64,000 nucleotides of DNA from Laetmonice hystrix (taxonomy: Eukaryota): contig OZ249436.1 of assembly GCA_965235115.1 (NCBI GenBank), forward strand, positions 34,224,001 to 34,288,000, in the 5' to 3' direction. Numbering within the stretch: the first letter of the stretch is position 1; the number at the start of each line of letters is the position of its first letter. Positions 39,743-52,322 of this stretch are shown in pieces. The position numbers and the translations under genes were made by a program. Below the pieces are notes generated by a model. It was given only the letters and a program-made list of their open reading frames with translations, did not search any database and was not told the DNA's origin.

Positions 39743-40010
39743 CAGGCACGAAGCCAGCCCATATTGTTGGGTGGGGCACATTTTGAGATTCTGGGCCTTT
39801 TTCAACAAAGGATTAAAGAAAACCCACAAAATACGATTTAGAACCAAAACTGTTTCTGAATAACTGCATAACTATTGGCTGACATCTTGTCCAAGATAAT
39901 TTTCAGGACCAAAAGTGCAGTCTAAAATTTTTGAAAAGTTAGACCTTTTTGAGCCAGATTTTGGGTGGGGCGCGGGCCCCCTTGCCCCCCCCCCCCCGGC
40001 TACGCACCTG
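39743..40010. mobile_element. 268-bp non-autonomous DNA-transposon-like element with short imperfect TIRs
   Basis: 5' CAGGCACGAAGCC versus the reverse complement of the 3' end, CAGGTGCGTAGCC. It has a subterminal poly-C and an internal repeated TTGGGTGGGGC. No clear TSD. Confidence 0.55.
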
Positions 40011-40274
40011 ATCAAGGACCGTCACACGATGATTCTTCGATCAGATTCGACCCTGGCAGTCAAGGCAGTAGTTGAAGAGTTGATAGTTTATCCGCCTGTT
40101 GAGCGGAAGCTGCAGTCAACAACTCTTGTTCCGACCCTGCAGGCCATGCTTTATATTGTTGTTAGGTCAACAAACGTCTGAATGGGTTTGTACGCGACAC
40201 GTGTGGCAGCACTGATTGATTAACGCAGGTTAGCACGAGTTACATCACAGACACGCCGAGCGGTCAATCGTAAG

Positions 40275-40335
40275 TGGCCGCCAGAGGGCGCGTTATCCAC
40301 TTAGGACGCCGTGACGTTACGTAATGACGTGCCGT
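40275..40335 (+). promoter_or_regulatory. CTCF-like site next to CRE and PAR-bZIP-like motifs in a CpG-rich patch
   Basis: TGGCCGCCAGAGGGCGC at 40275-40291 closely matches the CTCF core. GTGACGTTACGTAATGACGTG (TGACGT twice and TTACGTAA) follows at about 40310-40330. Confidence 0.5.
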
Positions 40336-42306
40336 CGGTCGGATGTCGGTGTGGGACGGCGGGTGGCGTGGTAGAATGGCGAGAGTCCCACAGGGCTTTG
40401 TGTAGTCAGCAGGGACGGAGGCCGACTACTCACACATATAGGGGGCCTATATTCCATCTTTTAGTAGTGTTGTTTGGTCTTGAAAGTGACCTTTACGCCT
40501 ACTCAGCGTCTCCAAAATATGTGCATCTACTTATGTTTCCACAGATTTTTTCCCTTTAAATGTGGGCATTATTTTGGAACACTCTGTACTTGCTGACGTG
40601 GTGTAGGCATTGGTATTCACACACTCACGCCAGCGGGATCAAATATGTCGTATGTCAGTGTTATAGCGTGAATGTCTGAGTCATTCAGGACACTTTTAAC
40701 TTACTAATAGTTCGAAAACTTCTCTAGGTTCTACTAGCTAAAAAATGCATGGTTGCGTTACTTCACATTAAAGATAAAGACAACAGTCGAAAGAAAGCAA
40801 TTTTGATGGCCATTAAAAGTGTTTTCTATATAAGGAAGGTCATAAATGGGATGGCATAGAAAACTAGGTTAAGTTTTCAAGTGTTGGAATTGTAGGTTGT
40901 TTTGGAACTTTTTGGTTCTTGAACTATCGTCCTACATCTCTTTGTTATCCTAATGTGGGTTTAGCAAGAGAAAAGATAAGTCCAAGCTTTTTGTACCTGG
41001 TCGACCCCTTTCTTTCATTTCCACAGGTATTTTTGTCCTTCAGCGTATTATTCGGGGCGTCTCAATAAAAATATACAAGAAGAGACCCATCATGTCGACC
41101 CACAAAAAAAGTAAGCTTTTATTAGCCAAACCTTGGATGCTTCCAACATATTTGTATGGGAAGTTTTTAAGAGCAAGGGGCTTATCCCTTTATGGGCGGT
41201 ATTCGGGTGGAATTGTCTATTGTTGCCAACTTCTCCGAGGCCATCGTTCTTATTGATAGGAAGGTACTGTGAGTGTCTGCCAGGCCCTCACTCATCCTAT
41301 TGTTGTTGGTGCCTGCAGTACCTTCCCCGCGCTCCCCTCCCTTCAGTTTCCCATGAGTCACTTCGACACGCATGGCCGCCTCTCCTTTGAGCAAGCTTAT
41401 TTAGTGGCCGTCTTTTGTTCAACACTTGTCAATTAATTTAGAAAAATGCCATGCCACACCTGAGCGAGCACCTTCGGCGGAACTTCAAAGGGCAACACTG
41501 GCGGAGCTAGTGGTTAATTATTTTTGTATAAAATACATCCTGACATAGGCGTTGTATGGTGTTGTGATGGTCACGGGTGATAAGATTCGCACATTGTCCG
41601 AGCGGAGAGGACTCCTCCCCGGGTATCTGATGCCCGGAACAATACAAGATGACCTATAGAATGGCCACAAAAGCCATCAATGTTTTTCTTTCTGGATTGT
41701 CTTGATGATTTTATCACCGGTGATGGTAGGATAACTGTCACCATATTCTGGGCACAGTGTACTGGTATCGGTCACAGGTATCGGTCACAGGTGTTTCCCG
41801 AACCATTGATACGGGATGCGTTTCGGGGCACTCCAGTTCTCTGAACGGTTCGGGATAGGCGGAAACTTATTTTAAACATTATATGTGCGCATTTGACCGT
41901 ACAGGGCCGATAATTCTCAATTAAATCTCTTTGAATTATTTAGATATAGTGAGACCCACGGAATGTTTTTCTTTATGTGTCTGTGGTTTGAGACATGGAA
42001 ACCAGGAGTGTTTTCTGATGTCATCCGATATTCCAGAAGAATTCTGTTTTGACGCTTTGACTATACTTTTTTACATACAAGCATATACGTTGATTCCTAT
42101 CACTAAACTCTGATTATTAAATGCCAATAAATCAGGGTAAATTATGTTTATAGAGTTCTAGTCTTCCCCTTTGTTGTTTACTTGCAGTCATTGTTGCTAA
42201 TTTAATCACCCATTGTCTCAGGCTTCCCATTTAGAAAAATACCAATGTCAGAGGGCCATCAATGGGCCCAATTCTTTCATAATGTCCTGTTTCCCCCCGC
42301 TTTCAG

Positions 42307-42476
42307 TGCGCCATCACCTGGACCGTGATGAGAGACCGGAGGCTGGGGTGTCGTCCGAGAACGACGACGACGTCAGTGACGACGATGATGGAGACGACGA
42401 GGACGAGGAGGAGGTGGAGACAGGTGCATTTACCTGGACAGACAGGTGCACGCAGACGTCGCGCATGTCGTGGCAG
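42307..42476 (+). CDS. Candidate 170-nt internal exon with an acidic tract
   Basis: Strong acceptor cctgtttccccccgctttcag and consensus donor CAG|GTGAGT. The phase 1-to-0 frame encodes RHHLDRDERPEAGVSSENDDDVSDDDDGDDEDEEEVETGAFTWTDRCTQTSRMSWQ. Confidence 0.55.
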
Positions 42477-45272
42477 GTGAGTGAGCGTGACAGTGCTCCC
42501 CGACTCGCCGCCGCCGCCCGTGGCCCGCCGCCCGTGGCCCGCCGCCCGTGGCCCTCCGACTGGCCGCGGTGATGCCCTCCTCAGCCTCCTCCCCTCCTCA
42601 CCGCCGCCGATACAACCACAGCGGCGGCCAGGTGCGACTCTGGTCGCTCAACCGTGACCAGACAACCAAAAAAAGGGGGAAGCGCAGTGGTTGGGAGTAG
42701 CAGACAATGGGGAAGAACAATAGAGGTGGCACCATAGCCCCGTGCATTCCATGAGTTTGGCTGACCACCCTCCAGCACCTGGGCAGAGATATGTTGACAA
42801 TAGAAGATTCCCCACTTTTTATGCTGAATGGGCAGAGCTTCACGGAAAACTATAATTTTAGGGCAGAACTTCTAGTGTGTAAGTTAAATGACACAAACGA
42901 GGGCAAGCATGCATGACTCTCATAATGCTTTTTGTAAAGCTTCAAAAACTGAGCAACCTCATGTTTGGGGCTATACTTTAGTTTTATTGACAACTTCATG
43001 CCTCCATTAATATATATACGTCTATATGCATGATGATGGGGATATTTGTCATGACAATGAGTTACGACTACTTGGGAATCGTCGTATATTGCATTGCCTT
43101 GAAGGCTGACTCCTGTAGATCGTGGCCCTTTGCTGATTTTGTGACTTATAATTTCATGAGCATGATCAAATGCCCAGTGCCAGCTTTCGGCGGTTTTTTT
43201 AAAATGTATATTCACAATACATCATGTCCGAGTATCTCAGTTAAGCATATACATGTATAACTGAAAAGGTGCAAAGGTATAAAGCACAAAGCCCCTACAG
43301 GTAAAAAAAACTTTTCTTTGAAACTGTGAATATATAATGAACACTTCAACCATTCAGCTCTCCAGGCGTGCGAACAAAGAAGTTGGCACCATATATGTAC
43401 ATATAATATGAATGCATACGTTATATACATACATTATGACCATGGATACCGTATATATAAACATGTACAATATCCATGTTTATCATGCACAGACACATGA
43501 ATCTACATTCACAATGAAGATCTGACAGTGACATTTTAGCGATGAAAACTGTCTTGGCAAGGTAACAATTCGAAGTGTTATCTCTAGGCAGTTAGTCCAC
43601 CTGTCCTGAACATATACGTTAACAATACGACTATAGGCGCGGTCACTGAGGTGTCTAGTGGTTGGCACTCTTGCCACCCATATAGAAGAATACAATACCA
43701 AGTTACAAGCCGAGTGTATAAGCCATGGTCTCAGAGACAACAAGGTAGTCTAGATGAAGTTATGCCACACTTAAGCTTTACATGTTTCCGTCACATGATC
43801 GTTGCATGTTACTGCACCTAAAGGTTCCCAGGGTCAGGGCACATCTACAGGTAGTTTATTAATTCCCAAGGGAAAAGTATTCCCCCAAAACCTCGAAATT
43901 CTAATCCTTCCCATGATTTTGTGGGTCTTGTCGGGAATCGGAGTGGAAGAGTACTGGATGTGGTTTTGTGTGGTGTATAGACGGCCATAGAGGGGAGAAA
44001 ACGGCTGATAACGTTACTCATTCGAGCGGGTTCTTTTTATCTACCAGCAGGAAAGATTAGAGTTCATGTACGGATGGTGTCTGTCTGTGAACCTGAGAAT
44101 GACATAAGTCATCACGCAAGAAAACAAAAAGTCTTTAGTATTTACATTCTGGAGAATATTATGTGCCAAGTTTGGATATGTGTTGGGGGAGGGGCGGGGG
44201 GGGGGGGTTCTAGGCGTTGAGAGATATAGGCTAGTTCTACTTGAAACAAATGCACACATGCAGAAAGAGCTTCAAAGTACTGCGTAAAGAGAGGCAACAG
44301 CGGTCAGAAAAATTATACAAGAAGTTCACTTGACGTAGCCAGTCAGGTTTTGCTTCAGACATTATAACATGATTTGTTTTACTTTGCTTCCATGGGGTTA
44401 AAAGTGGCCACGCAGAGAGGGATCTTGATGTCACATCCGGCTGTGTATCTCTTAAAATGTACAGTATATCTCCAGATATGTGTATTTGTGGGAGAATGGC
44501 CCGAATTGTCTGGAGATCTCTCCCGTGTCATAAGGTATATCTCCCGTAGACTGGTAACCACTATCTGTACAAACCGATGAAGCACAGCCCCGGCGCACAT
44601 TCGCTTTTAATTGATATGCCTGTTTGGCAGCGCATCCGATACTATCTGTACAATTAATTTAGACGAGTTGATGGCTCGGTTCGATACCAGCAGAGCGGGG
44701 TGTGGGGGCCTGTACGTGGCAACTATAGGCTTTGGGGGCCCCAAGTGGCAGTCATCAGTGGCCAGCGCCAGCGGTGGCGACCAACCAGCAAGCCAGTCAG
44801 CCAACCAGCCTCAGTGTAGGTGAGTTCTGATTCTGGCTGGACCCCGCGGCAGATAACAGAAGTGATTGAGGACATGCAGCGCCTATCATTGGCTACGTTC
44901 TCACTCGGTCCTCGGCACTGATGAAGTCAAGATAACATTAGCAAATGTACAGAGAACATAGATAGCAAACACCGGTGTAGGTCAATGACAGAGACGGATG
45001 AAGAGAGGCATGGCGTAAGGTGCCATCTCTGGCCCCAACACGCCGCCAGGCTATCCAGACACATACATCATACCTATAAATTTACATTTCCAGTCCATCA
45101 AAACTGGCAGGGCGGAAAAGAATGGAACAAAAACAGCTTTCCAGGAATGCCATTTGTAATCAGGACGAGTGTATTATTTTTGCTGAATCGGGTGATATTC
45201 ATGCCCAAAGAAGCACAGTCATATATCCTTGCTCCTATATATACCCATACCTATATCTGCTGAAACCCTCAG

Positions 45273-45352
45273 CCGTCTCATCACGTTTTGATATCCGGGC
45301 TTCGCTGCGGAGACTGGAGTCGGTTGTAAGAGTAGCTGGCAGCCATCAGCAG
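45273..45352 (+). CDS. Candidate 80-nt exon (VSSRFDIRASLRRLESVVRVAGSHQQ)
   Basis: Acceptor ...aaaccctcag and donor CAG|gtaact. Only the phase 1-to-0 frame is open. Confidence 0.27.
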
Positions 45353-47499
45353 GTAACTAGACTGTGAAGTCTAGATGTGATTTTAATGAATTTAAATCTG
45401 CATCGAAAAGCTCCGATACGGGACTAGAACCCGTGTAGATCAAAGGGGTTGCGGCACGGGAGGCCTACTCCCTGGGACTGGCTCGATCAGGCTCCTGTAG
45501 CGGTCAGTCTGGGGCTCCTCTGTGGTCAGTTTGGCCTGCGGACTCATCTCGGCATGTCCACTCCACACTACTGGAGGAACATTTAATCCGATATCTTCGT
45601 CGGGTACTCCGGCAAGTGGGTTGTCATTATAACATGAGATATGGAATATATTCCAAGTGTGCTTCTAAGGGAAAGTTTGGGCTTCGTGGCAGGAAATGTT
45701 CTGCATCGCATTAAAAGTTGTGACATGCTGTTTGACTTTAACTACCTTTTAAAACTAAAAGCATATTAAACTCCAAAACAGGTCAGTAGGACCAAAAGAG
45801 TGAGTCGGAAAACTTCTGAAATGGCTACCACTGGAGATTCGGAGACTTTGAGGATCAGTTTCAGCGGGTATTGTTTTGGGTAGGGGATATAGGGGGGTAT
45901 GTATGTAAGCCTTTGATGTGGTGTTGGAGGCAGGCAGCTATCTCCAGCTGCTCTGACGTGACCTTGGCACAGCACTGAGGGGCAAACTTCTCATTTGTTG
46001 AGTGGGATGTTAATGGTTTAACATGATAGATTAGAGTTGCATTTGTCAGTATATGACGCGGTATGTCAGCTTCCCCCAACCCCTGTCTGACCCGATCTAA
46101 CCGAACCCTGGGTGTACATGTATATGTATACATACATACTCCTCCACCACTACCAGTCCCACCGCCACCAAACAGCAGATGCTCAGGATGTCTGCGGCGG
46201 CACGTTAGTTTTCGGCCACCGGAGCCTGCTGCAGATGGCCAAGTCTGTCAGGATGATGTCGGCATGCCGGGAGAAGGAGAGTTGACAGAGTCGGAGGCTG
46301 GAGCCCTACTATCGTGGTCGACTGACTGACAACGGAGGCTGCCGACGAGCAGGCGGGCTGCTAGCAGCAGCGGCCACTGAAAGATGAAGACAAATCATCG
46401 GCAGAGGATGACACAGCAATGGATGGCCTGTGGATGGATGGAGGCCCTACACAAATATACAAAAAAATACTCGGCCAGGACTGTGGCGGGAAGCGGCTGT
46501 GGTGTTGGTGGGGGCGGGGGGTAGGATGCTATATTGTAGTCCAGGCACCCCCCCCCCCTATACACACAGCAACCTCCCAACTAAACAGAAAAGTTGGGGC
46601 CCAGGCCTGAGAGCGATCGGCGCACCAGTTAAGGACCAGGGTGGCGTTTTAATAAAACGTTCAATTGGGGACATCATATCACGATGATTAAAACGGGGTG
46701 TTGCCGGCTGCTTGTAGGCGATGATTGCGGCTGGGCCTGACTCTAACATGTGGAGTGTATCAAGCATGTTAATGACGATGTTAATGATGGAATTGACACC
46801 AGATCATAATTAATGTCATATCATTGATAGTATAGCGGAGCGAGCAGTGCGTGGCAGTGGATTTCATCAATCTGTGCTGGCCAGCAGACACACTGATGGG
46901 ACGCGACTGGTACAAGACAACTTTCCAATGGCAGTATGGCACCGATAAGTCACCATGCAGTGACTTGATTATGGTGGCCCAGTGTGGAGGCCACTTATCG
47001 GGTCCGGTTTATGGTTATTTCTGTAGTTGATTTAATCCTGATTAAATATTTTCAACACTTCATAACACATATATCAAGAATAAAAAGTAAATATTTTTTG
47101 TATAAGTCAGACCTAGGGGTGTCTATATAAATGTGTATGATTAGATTTGAGCAGGGAGTGCTTCCAGTTGGGAAATGCTAGACGTGGTGCATATACTTTA
47201 TTCGTGTTTAAATCTCTACGATTGATTCTAACCAACAGTAATATTCATTTTATTGAAACATATCAAAATACTACCGCTATCGGGGACCTGCAGCTTTGGT
47301 TTCCGACCAAAGTGCAACTGAAAATTTGTCTCCAGTCTGACTAATGACATGTGGTTTCAATGAGACCCACATCCCTACAGCTGGGTAACTTAAGCCTGCT
47401 TTAATTTGTACTCTAGGTCTGGCCGGGTGAAATATTGGTCTACGTTCGGTGGTGAACGGCTATATGGAACTCGATTAGGTTAGACTCTCTCGCTGTGCA

Positions 47500-47950
47500 C
47501 TTCTTTGACTTAAACTCCCCTCTAAAAGGTTTAATTGCAGGTCGGAGGGATTTACCTTAATATCAGGGTTGGTCCAGTGGAGGGGGTGGGGGAGAGTGTG
47601 TCGGGTGGCGAGGTACACCCAAGGGAAACCTCAGTGGAGTTATGTAAGTTAATGGTTGTAGGGATGAGCCGACCGGCCCCGCAGATAAAAGCGATGTAGG
47701 CAAGGGATGAGATATGGCCATAAAACCGCAGGTACGGAGGTAGGGGTTTCCGTCCGAGGGTAACTTGTCTTGACGACTGACCGCTGACCACACATAGATC
47801 GAGTCCATCTGGTCAGTTCGGTCCGGGTATAGACAGGGGTCAAGGAGGTGTCAAAGAGAAGGTGGGAATTGATTTGTAAGTGTGTGTTTGTATAGAAAAC
47901 GCCATGAGGGGAGGGTTCCTCCTTCATCTCGAGGATCAAAATGTGGCCGC
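47500..47950 (-). mobile_element. Decayed CR1-like RT, central part
   Basis: TRWTRSMCGQRSVVKTSYPRTETPTSVPAVLWPYL resembles LxWIxSFLxxRxQRVVVxGxxSxxxxVTSGVPQGSVLGPLLF. It is preceded by GVFYT (cf. DVIYxDF). Confidence 0.5.
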
Positions 47951-48808
47951 AACATCTGGTGGCAAGTCTCCAGGTATAGATGAGCGGCATACTACACGTG
48001 CAAACGTCGGGTCTATTGGTCGCGCCTGGGTTTTTTTTATACGGCGCAATTAGTTGGAAAGTGAAATCTATGGGGTGTTGTGGTAACGGAATACGCCAGG
48101 GAATCCTGTTTGGAATTGATTGCCGTTCAGTCACTAGGTATAGTCGGGGAACCTATCCGAATGGATAGAGATTTATCCTTTCGCTCTCTGCATGTCTCGG
48201 GCTTACACTGTGACATTCGTGTAATATGGATTATGTCTGTCTAACGTTTTAACATGGCAGGGCATACTTCAAGTTGATGTGAACAAGTGGATTATAAATA
48301 TGAACACCTTGGTTCATGTCAGCAGCTTTAGTTTTTAATCTTGAAAGGGTTCATTTGTTGTATGTATATTTGGTTATGTAAAACAGTGCCAAACTGGATC
48401 TTTGGAGACTTTATTTCACAAATTCCAGTCCATAGGCATAATAACGTACACATACTTTACAGCTTGTTTCAATGTGGCTCCCTGCCCTAGATAACCCAGG
48501 ATTATAATTTTTAAATACCCTAACTATAACGACGGAAACAGTTTTATATGAGAACTCTGTTGTTATCATTAAACTGAATGCCAGAAGTGTACGTGGAATT
48601 GAAGGAATGATGACTATTTTCATAGTTATATTTAACTTTTTTTTAAAAGTGTGGTTATAGTGGTTGGTGTATACGGATGTGTTTACAAACTAGTATACTG
48701 TTGACGTTAAGGGTCAGAACTTCACATCGAACCCGGATGTAGACGGATGTAGACGAGCGGGACTTCTCCACCTATACCTACAGCCCGCCATTCAACTGGA
48801 GACTTGCA

Positions 48809-49290
48809 TCATAGTGGGCTAGGAGGGAGTCGGAGTGTCAAGTGTGTTTTGTGAGAGATACTTGGCCTGTCAAGGGCCGTCTCACAAGTTGAGGTTTTTT
48901 TGTTAGAGTTTTGACTGTGATTGCTTGTCCGATGTCTGAATGGCCGCAGCATCGAACCTATTAAAGGGGGGCCCCCGAGGGGCGCGTCGCCCCGGCGGTG
49001 GAGGCGGGATAGGCCTGGGCCAACGGTGGCCCTCTCAATGCTGCTATAATCAAGAGAGCGAGAGAGAGCGAGAGGAGTAGAGAGGTACGATGTTAAAATT
49101 GGTGCCATCTCAGTGAGTACTTGGTGTCGAGCTCTCCCGCTGACTGCCAGGCCCCGGCTGGCAGGTGCTATTGTCCATGACCACCTCCGTGACCCCCCTG
49201 GACCCCTTCTCAATGGACTGGGGCACAGCAAAGGTCAAGGGGTCACACATACCACAATTGAAGAAAATTCTGATTAAATATGAAATGCAT
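48809..49290 (-). mobile_element. Decayed CR1-like RT, N-terminal part
   Basis: GVTEVV...PGPG (cf. GVxKLL...KAxGPD), QVLTEMAPILTSYLSTPLALSRSLD...RATV (cf. RVLKELAxxxAPxLxxIFxxSL...ANV), HRRGD (cf. KKGD) and KKTSTCETAL (cf. RKxRSCETQL) occur in the expected order. Confidence 0.55.
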
Positions 49291-49986
49291 CTCATTCAAT
49301 TTCTTTTTCTTGAGACAAATAATCAAGTAAAAACAACACCAACAATAGGTTATGTTATGCCAGAGTGTAAATGCTAACCCCCGAGTGCGGCACCTACCGA
49401 CCCAAAGGTTTCAGCGAGTTTTACATGTCGTCAAGCGAGTTGGCTAAGCGTGGCAGAGCCGTTAAGTGTTGCCAGATGCAAACCATGAAGATAAACACAG
49501 ACTTCAAATGAGAAAAGTGAAGTCAGGGCTATTGAAGGCCACCAACGGGAAAAAGTCGAAACAGCGGGAGATTACATTGATAGTGTCAACGTGTATCTAA
49601 CCATGAGTCGTCACAGATCTGTTTTTAGAGTTTCAGATCTATAGAAACCCACTTTAGTATCACTCTGCCTCTCATTGTCGTAAATGGGACCCATACAGAA
49701 CCACTTTTTCTAGTCCTGCTCACTTCTTCCTCTAAAAACAAATTAATCCTAAAGAAAAACCAAACTCGCAGTAATTTAGTCTAAAGAGTGCGGAGTGAGT
49801 TCGGATTATTATAATTTATTTTAACAGAAGGTTTACGCTGACTGATGTTGTCCTGTCGACAGCATGTTTGCGCTGGAATGTAGAAAAAAATCTACATTGA
49901 CCTGAGGTCAAGCCAGTTTGTGATCACATACCAGTGTATCTGTACTACACTGTTGGTTTGAAACATGTTTTCTTGGTTACTGGCGT

Positions 49987-51950
49987 GTGGCTGAAACCCA
50001 TGAGTATGTCTGAGGGCCATGGGATGTGGCTGAAACCCATGAGTATAATGGCTGAGGGCCATGGGATATGGCTGAAACCTATGAGTATGGCTGAGGGCCA
50101 TGGGATGTGGCTGAAACCTATGGGTATGGCTGAGGGCCATGGGATGTGGCTGAAACCCATGAGTATAATGGCTGAGGGCCATGGGATATGGCTGAAACCC
50201 ATGAGTGTGACTGAGGGTGATGGGATATGGCTGAAGCCCATGAGTATGGCTGAGGGCCATGAGATATGGCTGAAACCCATTAGTATGGCTGAGGGCCATG
50301 AGATATGGCTGAAACCCATGAATATGGCTGAGGGCCATGGGATATGGCTGAAACCCATGGGTATGGCTAAGGGCCATTGTTATGGTGCTGAAATCAGTTA
50401 GTAAGGCTGCGGGCCATAGGATGAGGCCAAACCCCATGTCTATGGCTGATGGTCATAGTGTGTGGCTAAACCCCATGTCTATTGCTGAGGGCCATAGGAT
50501 GTAGTCGAACCCATGTGTTCAGCTTCATGAGGGTATGAAGCCCATGTATATTGCTGAGGTCCATGGGATATGGCTAAGGTCCATGAGGTGTTGCTGAAGC
50601 CCATGTATATGACTGAAGCCCATGTATATGGCTGAGGTCCATGGGATGTTGCTGAAGCCCATGTATATGACTGAGGGCCATAGGATGTTGCTGAAGCCCA
50701 TGTATCGGGTGGATAAAAAAAAACGCCCCGAACTTTAAACTTTAATATTTCAATAACTGTGCATTATAATTCAATAAAATTTCTCTTAATATAACTTCAT
50801 GATATTATCTCTTGTATGTTAAAGTTTCAGCTCAATAGCTTTGATATTAATCCCGTGGCGCTAAAAACAAAAATCAGTGTCTAAAAACACAATGCCGGAA
50901 TTAGGTCAAATATCATGCAGCTGCCAGGTGTCCAATTTGACACCTGTTTGATGCACCACATTGTACCTTGGGTAAAAAAGTTTTCAATATTTAGTTTTTG
51001 CATGTTTTACAATATGTAAAATGTTGTGAACCACTAGATATAATAAATTATGTGCTATTCCTAGTACTTCTAGAGAAACCCAGATGTTTAATTTGCCAAA
51101 CCCTACAGAGAAACTGCAACATTAGGACGATATGACTGTAACCAGAAGTTTAAGGGAAATCGTATCATTATCACGTTTAGCAACACGTTCAGAACGCTGC
51201 TTATTTCCCAATAATGGGAAGATAATTCCCTATCAGAGATCAGAAAGTGCATTGGCGCATGTAAAAAGAGACTGAGAGCAGTATGAAGTGAAAACGGGGG
51301 ACCGATTGACCACCTACTCTAGTGTGAGGCCAGGGACTCTGGTGCGACTACCACTCGCTTTAGCCCGGCATTGCGCTTTTGTACAATGATTTTTGTTTTT
51401 AGCGCTACGGAAATATTATCTAAGCTATTGAGTTGTAACATTAACAACTAAGAGACAACATCATGAAGTGATAGTAAGAAAAATTTCGTTGAATTACAAT
51501 CAATACTTTTTGAAATATTGGAGTTTAAAGTTCGGGGCGTTTTTTTTTATCCACCCGATATATGGCTGAGGGCCATAGGATGTTGCTGAAGCCCATGTAT
51601 ATGGATAAAGGCCATGTGATATGGCTGAGGTTCATGGGATGTTGATGGGATGTTTCTGAAGCCCATGGCTGAGGTCCATGGGATATGGCTGAGGTCCATG
51701 GGATATGGCTGAGGTCCATGGGATATGGCTGAGGGCCATAGGATGTTGCTGAAGCCCATGGCTGAGGTCCATGGGATATGGCTGAGGGCCATGGGATGTT
51801 GCTGAAGCCCATGGCTGAGGTCCATGGGATATGGCTGAGGTCCATGGGATATGGCTGAGGTCCATGGGGTATGGCTGAGGGCCATGGGATATGGCTGAGT
51901 GTCATGGAATATGACTAACCCCCACGTTTATGGCTGAGGGCCATGGGATG
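49987..51950. repeat. Minisatellite built from ~20-bp GGCTGAnnnCCATGnnnTAT subunits (39/42-bp dimers on the left, 20-bp monomers on the right), interrupted by a MITE
   Basis: Left core GGCTGAAACCCATGAGTATGGCTGAGGGCCATGGGATGT (49987-50375), degenerate units to 50702, and GGCTGAGGTCCATGGGATAT units at 51561-51950. Confidence 0.95.
50705..51558. mobile_element. 854-bp Tc1/mariner-type MITE with a TA target-site duplication
   Basis: Perfect 37-bp TIR TCGGGTGGATAAAAAAAAACGCCCCGAACTTTAAACT (50705-50741 and 51522-51558). Imperfect inverted arms continue to about 50897 and 51364. TA lies at 50703-50704 and 51559-51560, and removing the element restores the satellite motif GAAGCCCATG-TA-TATGGCTGAGG. 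Confidence 0.92.
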
Positions 51951-52322
51951 TCACATGTCCTGGATACGACGTAGGCCTCTAGAGGTATAAGTGTTCAGTC
52001 GATTGTAGAAGTAAAGTAGCAGAGCGATGTATCTTTCAAATCGACATGAGGAAACATTTAACGAAGACGTCATTCTCACACGGTAAGTGGCGTTGGTTGC
52101 CCAGGAATTTGTATTAAAAGCAGTGGCCTACTTGAGCCCTTGCGTGATCCACCTTGACCCCGAGTACTATTAGTAATCAGGGCACATGCTAACGTCTCCA
52201 GGATACGAGAATGTCGTACTCATTAATTCCCAACACACTCGCCGTGTTCACAGGTGTGGCTGACTTTTTGTGTTTTTTTTTTCTTTTTCTTTTTCTCATC
52301 CTGTACAAATGTTCTTCGATAG

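Noticed and set aside
33990-45480. tRNA genes or tRNA-derived SINE heads (B-box-like words near 34000 and 45430)
   Set aside because: No paired A box, cloverleaf or SINE tail.
44661-46329. + strand exon chain 44661-44820 joined to about 44980 or about 46167
   Set aside because: The donor at 44821 is strong, but the acceptors are weak and the phases conflict with other candidates. An SRCR-like resemblance lacks the cysteines.
51525-51905. Repetitive ORFs in the right half of the satellite
   Set aside because: The 20-bp unit cycles through frames, so the ORFs are a by-product of a stop-poor repeat.
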